The notes: a model not told the origin generated them from the letters alone. A stretch of 64,000 bases of DNA from Octopus vulgaris (GCA_951406725.2 OX597822.1:62558001-62622000), one strand, 5' to 3'; positions 10,829-23,517 are shown, counted from the first letter of the stretch. Made by a program: numbers and translations.

Positions 10829-12537
10829 ATGTATGAGTTACTGCAGTAATTATTTTTTTGTTGTTCAATCCTCATCAGGTACGCCTATGATCAGTTGCTT
10901 TCCAACCGAGGCATCCAATTTTTTTATCAGACGCAAAGGTTATTTACAGGACTACATTATTTACGTAAGTTCTCTCTCTCTCTCTCTGGAAAGGAGAGGA
11001 CATAGCTTGACGATGGTGAAACTACTATATTATAAGGTAGTGACTATGTAGGTACTCTCTTTGCTAACGATTAGGGCTAACTTTTGAATCCTGCACATTA
11101 ATGGAAATCTCCCTCATCCATACGAATACAGTGATCACTCGGCTTGGGCATTTCTCTACCTCTTAGACAAATATCTGAGGATTTTGTTTTGTTTCAATAT
11201 CCCACCCTCCTAACAACTTGCGAACCACGAATTTTATTCCTTCTGGGACAAAATTGTTTCAATGCCCAACGTCAGATAACTCTTTTAGCTACTAACCTAT
11301 CTCCCTCACTTTTAACATCTCGGAGTTTGATATAAACACTTTCAAAACCACACTAATTTTTTTTTCACGTCATTTACTGTTACGGTTTTCTTAGAATTGT
11401 ATCTACTAATACTTGCCTTGGCTTCATGCGTTGCCATTGAGAACTTTGACGAAATATATAATGTTGCTCTTAACACAAGAAAACCATCAGCCATAAATAA
11501 TATAAACATTTTTCTCAAAGTTTCATATGTTTGATAACATATGGATGAAACCCAGACTTCTGCATCCTGCACATCATATGTTGCGAATATATCAATGATT
11601 CACAATTTTGTGATTTTTTATATACCAAGTTTTGATTATGTTTCGCCAAAACTTTTTAATTAATTAATAGCTTAATTAATTAACTAAATAACTAATTAAT
11701 TAATAATTATCAAGGCTGTCATATTAGTCTAACAGTATCGGGTTCTACTACTTTTTAGGCCGGCACGCTAATATGTATGTTTTAATTTGGGCTGTGTTGC
11801 TTTTACTTGAAAAAAAAATTATCTATAATCTTCGTTTTAATTTTATTTGAAAATTTAAATTAGGGAAAAGTTAAATTAAGTTTGCATGCCCTATTCATGT
11901 TGTATTATGAACGCAAAATCTCCGAAAAAAGCATATCGCGGAGGCATTATAATTTTGGAATGAAATGACTTGGTTCAGTAATTTACCAATGCAGTCCATT
12001 AGAGCAAGTGGTACAAATTGTAAAGAGCCAATAACGTGTAATTCAACTTAATTTTACTTAATAAATTTATTGCATCATTGATAATTTCATGTCAAATACG
12101 TTCTATAATATCTCCTACAACGCTACGAATTACATATTCTTAGCAAATTATTCAAGAAATAATTACATGTGCATGTTAATATGTTTAAATGTTATTTTCG
12201 TTCATTAATTCAGTGTAAAATTTCAGTATTGCTTAAAATTAATTTGAACTCGAAATATTTTGATAATTATAAATAATATATTGTAATGATTGAATCCAGG
12301 ATTGAAAGACTGACGAACTGCCGTTACTGGTAACAATGGTTGCAGGTGTTTATTAATAAATTGTTGTTAGCGTTAACACGGTATCCTAAAGATAGTAGGT
12401 TATCTAATATTTTTGAACATCTTTAATCCAATGTCTTAATTGAAAGGTTTTAGATCGGCCAGGCGTAAATGTGTGTATGGCGGAGGGGAGATATTTTGCT
12501 GTTATTTCAAGCATTTTGATAAACTACATCGTGGGAT

Positions 12538-12744
12538 CTTTTACTCCTTTACTTGTTTCAGTCATTTGACTGCAGCCATGCTGGAGTACCGTCTTTAGTC
12601 GAGCAAATCGACCCCAGGACTTATTCTTTGGAAGCCTAGTACTTATTTTATCGGTCTCTTTTTGCCGAACCGCTTAGTTACGGGGACGTAAACACACCAC
12701 CATCGATTGTCATGCGACGTTGGAGAACAAACACAGACACACAA

Positions 12745-12830
<86 letters not shown>

Positions 12831-12993
12831 GCAGGAGTGGCTGTGTGGTAAGTAGCTTGCTAACCAACCACATGGTTCCGGGTTCAGTCCCACTGCGTGG
12901 CATCTTGGGCAAGTGTCTTCTGCTATAGCCCCGGGCCGACCAATGCCTTGTGAGTGGATTTGGTAGACGGAAACTGAAAAGAAGCCCGTCGTA

Positions 12994-13044
<51 letters not shown>

Positions 13045-13427
13045 TTGTGTGTCTGTGTTTGTCCCCCTAGCATTGCTTGACAACCGATGCTGGTGTGTTT
13101 ACATCCCCGTCACTTAGCGGTTCGGCAAAAGAGACCGATAGAATAAGTACTGGGCTTACAAAGAATAAGTCCCGGGGTCGATTTGCTCGACTAAAAGGTG
13201 GTGCTCCAGCATGGCCGCAGTCAAATGACTGAAACAAGTAAAAGAGAAAAGAGAAAGAGAGTATAACGGGATTCTTTCAGTTTCCGTCTACCAAATCCAC
13301 TCACAAGGCTTTAGTCGGCCCGAGGCTATAGTAGAAGACACTTGCCAAAGGTACCACGCAGTGGGAATGAACCCAGAACCATTTGGTTGGTAAGCAAGCT
13401 ACTTACCACACACCCATTCCTGCGCCT
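12538..13427 (-). mobile_element. SINE-B host copy split by a nested, oppositely oriented SINE-B
   Basis: 3' half at 12538-~12780 and 5' half at ~13263-13427 (ends CCTGCGCCT on +), flanking the + copy. Confidence 0.88.
12827..13260 (+). mobile_element. Full-length young SINE-B
   Basis: GCAGGAGTGGCTGTGTGGTAAG...GGGTTCAGTCCC (A/B boxes), CTTGGGCAAGTGTCTT (CORE-like), internal (TA)n(GT)n, tail GGTGCTCCAGCATGGCCGCAGTCAAATGACTGAAACAAGTAAAAGAG. Confidence 0.93.
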
Positions 13428-13469
13428 ATTGCTATTAAAAAAAGAAGAAAAAGAAATAAGCTCAGAGTA

Positions 13470-14030
13470 GCAAATCTTTATATAAATTGTGATTTAGCAA
13501 GGCATGTTCCTTCGGATAAACATAAAAAGAATGGTGTTGTAATAAACTCAAATTCGCAACTACCCAAGTCAGTTTTTTTTACCAATAAAAACATAACATA
13601 GTTAAAACTATAGTTAGCAGGAATTCTGTATTTTGTCATGCAAGCATTTGTTGATCGATTAGCAGAATATGTTAATCAAGAAAATCCTTCATCATAAAGA
13701 TCAGCTGATTTGAAGCTGCAGAGAACAAAATATGTGACACATAAAAATGTCATATTCCATCCTTATTCAACGAACAAATTGAATACGATTACGTTAAGTA
13801 ATAACGTGTTCCCTTTGATTTCGGAAGAGTGTATCACATATTCCGTATAAAAGCATTCAGATATGTCTTTACGAATATGAATGTCACAATAAAACTGTAT
13901 CACACATTCTAAGATTAATTACTCTTGCAAAACCTACGACTTTATATTGTACCAAGTCATAAAGAAATGCACAAGTGATGTTGAAAGGACTATTGCTGTT
14001 TATCATAAGCACAGAACCTCGAATTTTGAG
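13470..14030 (+). mobile_element. Highly degenerate hAT-family transposase relic
   Basis: Fragments DLARHVPSDKHKKN, VDRLAEY...ADLKLQRTK and LSNNVFPLISEECITYSV*KH resemble the hAT Zn-finger end, RTK motif and FSL.IDESTD region; many stops. Confidence 0.55.
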
Positions 14031-14034
14031 GAAA

Positions 14035-14436
14035 TGCGTTATCGATTATATCGACCTCAGTATAATTACGTGATAATTTTCATCGCTCTCGTATAGATGA
14101 CAGACAAAGTGGATCTCAACAGGAATTGAACTCAGAACAGCTGCAATTGAATATCACAAAACATTTTTACCACTTATTCTTGATTCGGCCAGTCTATTTA
14201 CCCGATGTTATAATTAATATTGATTTCAAATTTTGGCAAAAGGCCAGTAATTCCGGAGTAGGGGGTACATCGGTTGCATCGATCCCAGTGCTCAACTGGT
14301 ACATATTTTATGGACCCCGAAGGGATGAAGGGAAAATTTGACCTCGGAGGAGTTTGAAATCAGAACGTAAAGACAGACAAAATACCGCTAAATATTTTAC
14401 CTTGCGTGCTCGTGATTCTACCAACTCGCTGCCTTA
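14035..14436 (-). mobile_element. Two adjacent diverged SINE-A monomers
   Basis: SINE-A body motifs at ~14040-14200 and ~14215-14436; the latter has tail-B TTTCAAATTTTGGCAAAAGGCC on +. Confidence 0.75.
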
Positions 14437-15034
14437 AAATTAGAATTGATGTTAGAAGAGAACTTGTTAGTGCAACTGGCGAGGCTTCAAAGCTTTGCAG
14501 CGTTAATAATTCTATGTTTACTTCAATGAAATTGAATAAGCTAAACTTTTATCTTATAAAATGCATTTGTCATTCTCTATTTAACATGTTGCCATAGTGC
14601 TGTGAGTGTTTGTGTGTGTTTGTGCGAGCGCGCTCGTGTAGGCGAATGAACAATGCTTGTTATATTTCTTTTAGCCACAAGAGGGTTAGAAAGTAGCAGG
14701 TGTGTAGAATGGATTCCTAGACTTCGTAATTCATAAACTTTACATTTTCAAACGGCATCTAGGTGTGAAAAGTATAATCCAAAGGAGTTACATGCGGTTC
14801 ACTCAAATAAAACTAATGCACTTAAATATTCATACCACTTGTTGAGTGAATTAAATAATAATAATTCTACGGCTCCAAAATGACATATCATTGAATTATA
14901 TTATACATTTTCCAACTTCGATATGTGAATCGGGAAACAAATTTAGGCATTGAATGGCAGTGAATGTCGTGTGAAAATAGTTGACACTCGCTAGAAATCG
15001 ACACATTCGAAACATTCATGAATAAAATTTCATT

Positions 15035-15708
15035 AGGAGTGGCTGTTTGTTAAGAGACTTGCTTCCCAACCATATGGTTCCGGGTTCAGTCCCACTGCGT
15101 GACACCCTGGGCAAGTATCTTCTACTATAGCCTCGAGCCGACCAAAGCCTGGAGAGTGGATTTGGTAGACGGAAACTGAAAGAAGCTCGTTATATATATA
15201 TATATAATTGTTAAACATCGAACGTTGATATGTTCGCGTCTATTTCTTTGGGATGTCTACTATATCATAATTTTAACCCACAGGATTTCATGCTCTGGTT
15301 TCTATAACTTCGGTAAATTGAACTATGAACTTTTATTCTTCTTTTTTCTTCTTTCATTCCATCTCCTTATACTTTTACTCCCTTCCTCTATGTTCTCATT
15401 TTCCCTATTTTTCCCCTATTTGTCTCTGGTGATGGAATATCACATACTCGGGGTTATACCAGAAACGGTTGTAAGATTTTGAATTTCATCCTATAATAAT
15501 ATTGTATATGATTTGAGATATTTGCCTTGCCTTAATGTTTGCCGTCCTCTTTAACAATTATATATCCGCTGCAATGGCTCCATAACTACCGTCTCGGATA
15601 TAACCTTGGAGATCCAGTAATCCGTTACAGCACTTACCTAGCGTACCTAATCGTTTAGATCACCCGTGTACTAAACCCCCATAATTTGTATATATATATA
15701 TATATATG

Positions 15709-15748
<40 letters not shown>

Positions 15749-15842
15749 TGTGTGTGTATTTGTGTGTCTGATTTTCCTCCACCATCGCTTGACAACTGAT
15801 TTGGTGTGTTTACGTACCCGTAACTTAGCGGTTCGGCAAAAA
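15035..15842 (+). mobile_element. SINE-B interrupted in its internal microsatellite by a ~490-bp insertion
   Basis: 5' half at 15035-15190; (TA)(GT) tract and 3' segment resume at ~15690-15842. Confidence 0.8.
15203..15688 (+). mobile_element. Penelope-like terminal-repeat fragment with hammerhead fold (15422-15477)
   Basis: GTCT CTGGTGA TGG...CCA GAAA CGGTTG TA AGAT (A6G-mutated core); inverted 15-mer TATATAATTGTTAAA (~15201) / TTTAACAATTATATA (~15550). Confidence 0.6.
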
Positions 15843-17499
15843 TTTCAACACATGCATTCCTACATTAATCCTTAATATATACACTTCCTTAATCCTTTGC
15901 GGTACACTGCTTCTTTCAATCTACCATGTGCAGCACTGTAATAATGATTTCTAACATAGGTATAGGCCACACATCTTGGAGGAAGGATCAGTCGCAGAGA
16001 TCGAGTCCAAGTATTAGATTTATCGACTCTAGAAGCATGAAAAATTTAGTTGATTTACGAGGGATCAGAAGAAACGAATGTGTAGGTACACAACAAAATA
16101 CCGCAAGGCATTATATCTCTGGTTCTACTGACTCTATCTCAAACGGTAATGGCAATTCTGTGTAAGCTTGAAGTTGTAAATCAACAGTTCGTGTACTGTA
16201 TGATGCTCTTAAACACCGACATATCTCTAGGTCTAGAAAAAGAAGAAATCAATTGAGGAACCCTCGTGACACGTTGGGAGTGCGTAATTCAATGTGACAT
16301 TTTGTGTCAAGTCGACATGTTTTTTTTTCTTTTTCAGGGTCAGAAGTCTCTGTTTATCGCATATGCGAGAGTTACATAAAGAATGGAAATAATATGATAG
16401 CAGCAGCCATTCTACACAATGGTTATAGATATATTAATATCCTCTTTTGCTTCGATGGAAGAGTGTAACAGAGCACGATTCAATAAAGCAATACCAACAA
16501 TGTAATATTCAATTGTTACAAGAGAATTGATAGCTAGAAACTATTACAAGTTATGACCTTATATATATGCTTAAGCAAACACCAATATGAGTGTGCGTGC
16601 GCGCGCGGGTGTGTGAGTGTGCGTGTATGTGCGCGGGCGTGTGAGTGTATGTGTGTATGCGCACTCGTACGTATATATGTATATACATATGTATGCATAC
16701 ATTGTATGTACACATAAATACATGAACACATGCCAAAAGGCGGTCACACGTATATACATATGCATACATAGATGTATCCTGTATGTGTGTAAAAACAGAA
16801 AAAGAAAGGAAGCCGAAATGATCAAGTGGAACAGTATGAACACACATGGTTACAGAAGTATGTAGCTATGCAACTCATTTGCATATATTTTAAATATCAA
16901 CCTCTAACTCAACATTAAGAAGCTTGAAGTCAAGTCGTCCTATTTTAATTGAATGACTCCAACCTTCTTTTAAACTGTCTCCACCGTTGACATTGCCTAC
17001 AGGTAAGTTTCAACTCCGTTTTTATTATATGTGACTCGAAAATGGTACCTCATATAGAACCGTCATTGATGCCTGGGTATTTGGAGGGGATATGTTAAGG
17101 CTGTGGAAAAGTGATGAATTGGTATCATCCGTAAAGCATCGGAGAAAAATGCCTTGAGAGATTAAGCTGTCTCTCTACAGTTCTAAGTCGAATCTCACTC
17201 ATTTCGGACGACTTTCATTTTCAACGTTAACTGATGTCGATGAAAATAGTACCACTTAAATACAGGTAAGTGAGCGTGATAACATAAGCACCTGTAAAAA
17301 AGAAATGGATCTGAAATAATAGTTCGGATTTTGGTGTCTCTGTGCACGACATTGTCTCCAGAAGATGGGGAGAGAATGGGTTATAGAACACACACATACA
17401 CACACACATATATGTATGTGTGTATGTATGTATCTATGTATGATACATGTATGACAGGAATGAGCAACGTCCCATCTCGTGTATGAATTTTCCGTTTGT

Positions 17500-17700
17500 T
17501 TTTATTCTTTTATTCTTTTTACTTGTTTCTGTCATTTGACTGCAGCCATGCTGGAGCACCGCATTAAAGACCCCAGCACTTATTCTTTGTAAGCCTAATA
17601 CTTAATCTATCGATCTCATTTGCCGAGCAACTAGGTTACGGGGACATAAACACATCAGCATCGGTTGTCAAGCGAAGGCGGGATGGGATACAAACAAACA
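17500..17700 (-). mobile_element. SINE-B 3' half
   Basis: TTTTACTTGTTTCTGTCATTTGACTGCAGCCATGCTGGAGCACCGC...CATCGGTTGTCAAGCG. Confidence 0.85.
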
Positions 17701-17711
17701 CATACACACAA

Positions 17712-17761
<50 letters not shown>

Positions 17762-17789
17762 ACACACACATATATATATATTAATAATG

Positions 17790-17864
<75 letters not shown>

Positions 17865-18870
17865 TGACAACAAAAGGATGAATGAGACCTGGATATTATG
17901 TAAATAGAGGAATTTATCTATAATATAATAGGTCACAATTAGTCGGTTGCCATAATGAAACTCAGAGTTTCGGATATCGGGGCGGAATTCTGCTCTGGCA
18001 TCTCGTCAGTTATTAAGACAAACAAAAATGCAATGAAAATGACCGTTAAATAAAGGGAATTTACCCAGATTGGGAGAAACTAAAAATACACCAAGAAGGT
18101 AAACCCACGCTCATAGAATCCACGTATGTGCGCATGTACATACACATGCGACACGCACACCTACGCACATGCACAAATATGAAGGGTGAAAGTTAATGTA
18201 CAAAAAAACAATATATAAAAATATATAAAGCAATAAAATATATAAAAATATATGTAAAAATATTTATAGATATATATGTAAGAAATGAAATACTTGTACG
18301 TGGACACAATATAAAAAGCAGGTTCTATCTGTGATCTTGGGGTGACCAAAAACGTAACAAATATTTAGCCATATGTGGACATGTTCCAAAAAGTTCAGTT
18401 CTTAAATTTAGACATGTAGCGGTGTCTAAGCTGCTTTTCCAGATGAACCATCTTTCCATATCACAAAGACCGCACTTTCCACTGCCGTTGGTGTAAGGCT
18501 TACACTTGGGTAAGATCTTCCAATGGACATTATAGTTGACACCTTTTTCTTTTAAGGATCAAATATAACTGGATAAGTTGGTTGTTTTACTTTTTTCCCA
18601 GTGTCTGAAGCTCAAGGTGTGATTGTTGAACTTGTCTTTGAAATTCCCCTCTGTTAGACCCACATATTTCTTTGACGAAGCTATGTTTTTAGTGGTTTTA
18701 GAGTCTACGGTGGCTTCATAAATGAAGGTCTCGGGCATGCAAGCTCCATTTTGCTAGCACAAATTTTTATCCCTGTATGAACAGCTGGTTTCATTTTGTT
18801 GTTTTTGTGTGTTGTGTGCAACTATATTATTAAAATTAGTAGTTGAGCTAGTGAAACGTATAGAAATGAG
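17865..18870 (-). mobile_element. Penelope-like element 3' portion: GIY-YIG endonuclease pseudogene plus downstream terminal repeat
   Basis: Minus: SCSYRDKNLC*QNGACMPETFIYEATV...YVGLTEGNFKDKFNNHTLSFRH...TNLSSYI*SLKEKG...WKIL...PYTNGSGKCGLCDMERWFI...LNLRTELFGTCPHMAKYL. Confidence 0.88.
17951..18016 (-). ncRNA. Type I hammerhead ribozyme with canonical core
   Basis: Minus: TAATAA CTGACGA (imperfect stem II) GAAA CTCTGAG TT TCATTATG; ~350 bp downstream of the GIY-YIG remnant. Confidence 0.75.
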
Positions 18871-19559
18871 TAGATGGGTAAACAGAAGGAAAACAAGAAA
18901 AGAAGTAAGTGTATTAATGAGGTGAATCGATATATAGCTGGTGAGGGTATAGGAAAGAGGAAGGATTGAATGGCCCAGGAAACAGTGGAGAGGGGGGCAA
19001 AGTGTCAAGGATAGGACGAGGCTGTAGGAAGGAGAAGGAGAAAGATAAGGCTGCTAATCGTGCGTTAGTGTAAGATGGCCACTATTCGACACAAGCGTTA
19101 TAAACAATAACTATAAAGCTAAGTAATGAGAGAGATTCGGTAAACAGACTAGTTGAAAAGAAACCCATTAATCATCTTAAACCGGGGATGTATCAGAAAT
19201 AAATATATGAATGCAATCGTATCAATGTATGAAAAAAAGCATTGTAGAGTGTGGCGTCACTTCAAGCACAAGTATCAGATATAGCGGAGGGGTATTTGAA
19301 AGTAGGAGATGTAAGAGAAAATGAAAAAGAGTACGAGAGAAGGGAGAGGGCAGTGGCCTGACTTTAAATTTAAATTTAAATTTAAATTAATACGTTTTCT
19401 AACCGGTAAGGGCCACTGCAATAAAGTATTATCTGCAGCACCAGTTTTTATGCAAATTTAGCGCGCCAAAACGAGGACATTTTAAATAGTAACCACGAGT
19501 GTAACGGGTAGGACTGTCTTACAAGTCTGACTTTGTGCGGACGTCATAGTATGCAGTCC

Positions 19560-19800
19560 TGCAAATTATATTCATCTGGACGGTCGCACCGATGATCTAC
19601 GGACATTTATGTAAGTAAAATTACGTAATATTTTAATAGTGAAACATGTATGCGAATAATCCATGTTTTTATTGCTTTTTCTTTTGTCTTGCTCGATTAC
19701 GTTTTGGTTGTTTTGCTATACTTTTCTTGAGAACATTTCTTAGTGGTAAGACCATAGCGGATCTATTTCTAGCATAAGGGTGTCCACATAGTGGTTTCCC
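19560..19800 (+). mobile_element. Hammerhead-bearing dispersed repeat, copy 1 (fold at 19584-19655)
   Basis: TCGCA CCGATGA ...long insert... GAAA CATG TA TGCGA; downstream TTTTCTTGAGAACATT...CTTAGTGGTAAGACCATAGCGGATCT...CTAGCATAA is shared with ~49670-49731. Confidence 0.7.
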
Positions 19801-19823
19801 TCTAATATGTATGTGTATATATA

Positions 19824-19888
<65 letters not shown>

Positions 19889-20874
19889 TCACATACTTAT
19901 GTATCTTTCTGTGTGTATGTAAACGTGTTTTTGTACGTATACATTTGTATATACGTGTACTTTTGTGTATATATGTAGTTGTGTATTCACGTATATGTGT
20001 ATCAGTATAAGTAAACAGATATACATGTACGTGAGCGTGCGTGTAAGTGTGTGTACATAATCCTCATAAAATTAAAATTTTTTAAAAGAAAAAGATCGCT
20101 TTGTGTGATGTTATAATTCAACAAAAACGCGTCTTACATACGAAGACGAGCTAAATAATCTAGTATATTGCCTTCGGAAACGATTGTATGCAAAACAAAA
20201 TGTTCTTGGGGCAACAACGTGTGTAAAATAAACTATTCTTCTCGCAGTGCATAAAATAAACCTACCTAATGAATCGCTTACTGCTAAAAATTAATTTATC
20301 TGATTCACTTGTTAAGTAGCAAGTGTGGCTGATATAGCATCGTTGGCACGTTCTTACGTGAGTTTTATATGAAATAATGATGATATGCTGCAGAAGATAG
20401 TTGCTTCGATTTCTGCACTTTCTTTCTCCCATCACGTTTACACCAATTAGCATCTGCTACAACGTCATATTTGATGAATGATAACATTGTGTAACAAAAC
20501 TTTTACTTTTATTTTTGTCTTTGGCTAGTAAGTGTTATTTCCTAGTTTCTTTTATATAGAAATCAAAGGAAACGAATACTATTCTCTTCAAACCTTGCTT
20601 TTGTGATCTGAACATCAATGTTTTGAAACTGACCTATTTTCCATTACATTTCAGGCAGATTCAGCGCTGAGTTGTTGAATCAAAAATATCATTATAGCAA
20701 ATATTCTGCTCAATACTACAGATTTGCTTTTCACTTGCTTGACTTCAACTACTGGAGCATATCCCTTAGTGGCTGACAATATGTGCATCTCTGATCATAA
20801 ACACGAGTAGTGGGAGAGCATAATACCCAAGTGTTGAGAGGGATTCTTTGAGATTTGAATAAAAGTGACAAAAG

Positions 20875-22780
20875 CAAAGTTTGAAGGAAATGTCAGCCAT
20901 TCTCCATACTTTCTAGGAGTAAGCAAAGAGGGAGTAACAACTGCTACCCAGGGACAAAAATCGTGACATACAGTGTAGGGCTTCTCCTACGATTGTGATA
21001 ATGCCATCATCTATAGGTTTTGCAAGAATTAGAATTCACAGGATATCCCTACAGACTGCCTTCCTGTTTTTTTTTTTCACATTCGTTAATGTGAATTCAG
21101 TTTAGAGATGGAACATAAACTTCATATATTTGAAGCTTCATTTTCACATGTAAATCAGCTTTCATCTAATGTTCCCAAAAGTTCTTCATAGGGATCAATA
21201 GATGCACGACATGATATTGTTGTTATTATTTAGAGCCCAGAAGTATTTTGTCCGGCGTGCTAACGATTCTGCTAGCTCACCGCCTTAAACTGTACCCTAA
21301 ATAACGTAAAAATCATTGTCTGCGGTGAGCTGGCAGAATCGTTAGTATGCCGGATGAAATGCTGCGAAGCAATTTGTCCGTCTTTATATCCTGAGTTCAA
21401 ATTCCAGGGTACTAGCCGATAAAATATGTACTAGTTGAGTACAGTGATCGATGTAATTGACTAGCTCCCTGCCCACAATTTCAGCCCTTGTTCCTAAAGT
21501 AGAAAGAATTAGAGCCCAAATTTGTAATCTGGCAGAATCGTTAAGACGCTAGACAAAATGCTTAGCAGCATTTCGTCCGTCTTTACGTTCTGAGTTCAAA
21601 TTCTGCCGAGGTTGACTTTGCCTTCCATCCTTTCGAGGTCGATAAAATGCTCTTACCAGTCGAGCACTGGGGCTGATGGAATCGATTAAACAGCTCCCCA
21701 CTAAAGTTACTGGACTTGTGCCAAACTGTGAAACCATTAATTAGTCTATGAGAAACAAGATCTATGACAAACAAGGCTGGATAAAGGCCCATAGATGGGC
21801 TAAGCACTTAAAAGATTTTGGCGCTCTCCATATGTATGCAACTCAAAATATAACAATAAAGCATAAAACAATATTTTTTCAGGATGAAGCAAAACTAACA
21901 GTAAAAGGGAAAATAATGTTTACTTTTGTATACTTCCACTTTATTAATATTTGAAAAGTTTTCTCCTATTTTTTTTTAATTGCATTGCCTTTGATTAGAT
22001 CCCCACTATAGGACCATGAACACTTCGAAATTAAATGTCCGATCATATAAACCACCTCGAATACTATTTTAGCATTTACCATTTCTTCGATGCCCCATCT
22101 TCCCTTGATGCGTTAAGCACATACTTATTTTGCTTAATGGTTAATCCAGTTAATGATAATAAAGGAGATAGATTTTCTTTATCTTACATTCAGGAGGGAA
22201 TGAAGCAGTGTCCATAACAATTTACCTGGCCTGAATGCTTGTAACTGATGCTTCTAAAGGCATTCAAGATGTCAGGTTGTACTGTTAAACAGCCCAAGAG
22301 ACATAATAGTGACTACTCTTTCTGTATGTCTTCGACTACCTTTTCCCATATATTCTTCAACTCGGCTGTGGGCTGAGGGAGATTTGGACACCAGTTCTAT
22401 GCTGAGTAATCGTTTAGATATTCCATCATATATCAGTTTTTGGAAGCATTCACGACCAAATACTTTCAATTATAGCTCTCTTTTGATCCGGACTAAAATC
22501 TGTTCAAATGGCCTAGCTGTTCTAGCCGGCTCAGCAGCACAGCTTCATCTTCCTATACACGCGAAGCACTCAGATCTTTCTTAAGAATATAAAGTTTTAT
22601 ATGTGTTCACAATATTGTATTTAAGTACTGCGATTGATGCAAGCATAACTTAATTTCGAAAGCATACTTCGTCCCCATGTTACACTCCTGTTCCTTTTCT
22701 ACATTGACTTAACTAATGCTTTTGATTCACTATTTTGGTATATAAGCAAGGATGCCGAAATTTCATTTTTAATTTGTAAA
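20875..22780 (-). mobile_element. Very degenerate RTE-like LINE pieces interrupted by SINE-A copies
   Basis: Minus fragments GISKRLLSIEL and IMSLGLFNS (AP-endonuclease-like) and IITIVGEALHCMSRFLSLGS (post-RT FxYLGS-like); many stops. Confidence 0.4.
21240..21742 (+). mobile_element. SINE-A cluster: inverted head fragment (21240-21286) and two + monomers (21322-21510, 21528-21742)
   Basis: GGTGAGCTGGCAGAATCGTTAG...CTGAGTTCAAATTC; GTTGACTTTGCCTTCCATCCTTTCGAGGTCGATAAAAT. Confidence 0.85.
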
Positions 22781-22789
22781 ATAAATATA

Positions 22790-23025
22790 ATAAATGCACA
22801 CTTTTAAAGCCTAGCCGGGCTCATGGGCCCGGTTTCCCGGTTTCAATGGCGTATGTGTTCGCCAGTCCATCGCAGCGTTACTCATTTTTTCCAGCTGAGT
22901 GGACTGGAGCAACGTGAAATGAAGTGTTTTGCTCAAGAACACAACGCGTCGCTCGGTCCAGGAATCGAAACCACAATTTTACGATCATGATGCTGACACC
23001 CTAACCACTAAGCCAGGCGCTTCCA
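22790..23025 (-). mobile_element. tRNA-headed SINE sharing the family C tail
   Basis: Minus head TGGCTTAGTGGTTAGGG...GGTTTCGATTCC; centre TGTGTTCTTGAGCAAAACACTTCATTTCACGTTGCTCCAGTCCACTCAGCTG. Confidence 0.8.
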
Positions 23026-23134
23026 CATTTTTAATTTGTAGTGTCTCATATTTACAACAGTTCTGATTCTATTTTTTAAAGGCTTGAAATCTTCATCATT
23101 CAGTGTGTGAACCACATAATTAACCCCGGCTTTT

Positions 23135-23517
23135 AATAATCGTTTCTACTGTAGGCACAAGGCCTGAAATTTTGGGGGAGGGGCCAGTACACAACTAGTA
23201 CTTAATTTATCGCTCCCAAAAGGATGAAAGTAAAGTCGACCTCGGCGGAATTTGAATTCAGAACTTAGCGACGGGCGAAATACCTATTTCTTTATTACCC
23301 ACAAAGGGCTAAACATAGAGGGGACAAACAAGGACAGACATAGGTATTAAATCGTTTACATCGACCCCAGTGCGTAACTGGTACTTATTTAATCGACCCC
23401 GAAAGGATGAAAGGCAAAGTCGACCTCGGCGGAATTTGAACTCACAACGTAACGGCAGACGAAATACCGCTAAGTATTTTGTCCAGCACGCTAACGGTTC
23501 TGCCAGCTCACCGCCTT
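23135..23517 (-). mobile_element. SINE-A dimer with tail-A junction
   Basis: GAAATACC|TATTTCTTT at 23284/23285; head ends CCAGCTCACCGCCTT. Confidence 0.9.

Noticed and set aside
12643-13083. Recurrent ORFs containing AIAEDTCPRCHAVGLNPEP or GYSRRHLPK
   Set aside because: Antisense translations of SINE-B; recurrence reflects SINE copy number, not a gene family.
16320-17272. Strong + strand acceptor (~16337) and donors (~17002, ~17265)
   Set aside because: No coherent coding exon between them; the second donor lies in a decayed SINE-A.
18559-18561. TGA as selenocysteine in the GIY-YIG remnant
   Set aside because: It aligns to an expected Trp (YIW), not Cys, and the same frame has a TAG stop.
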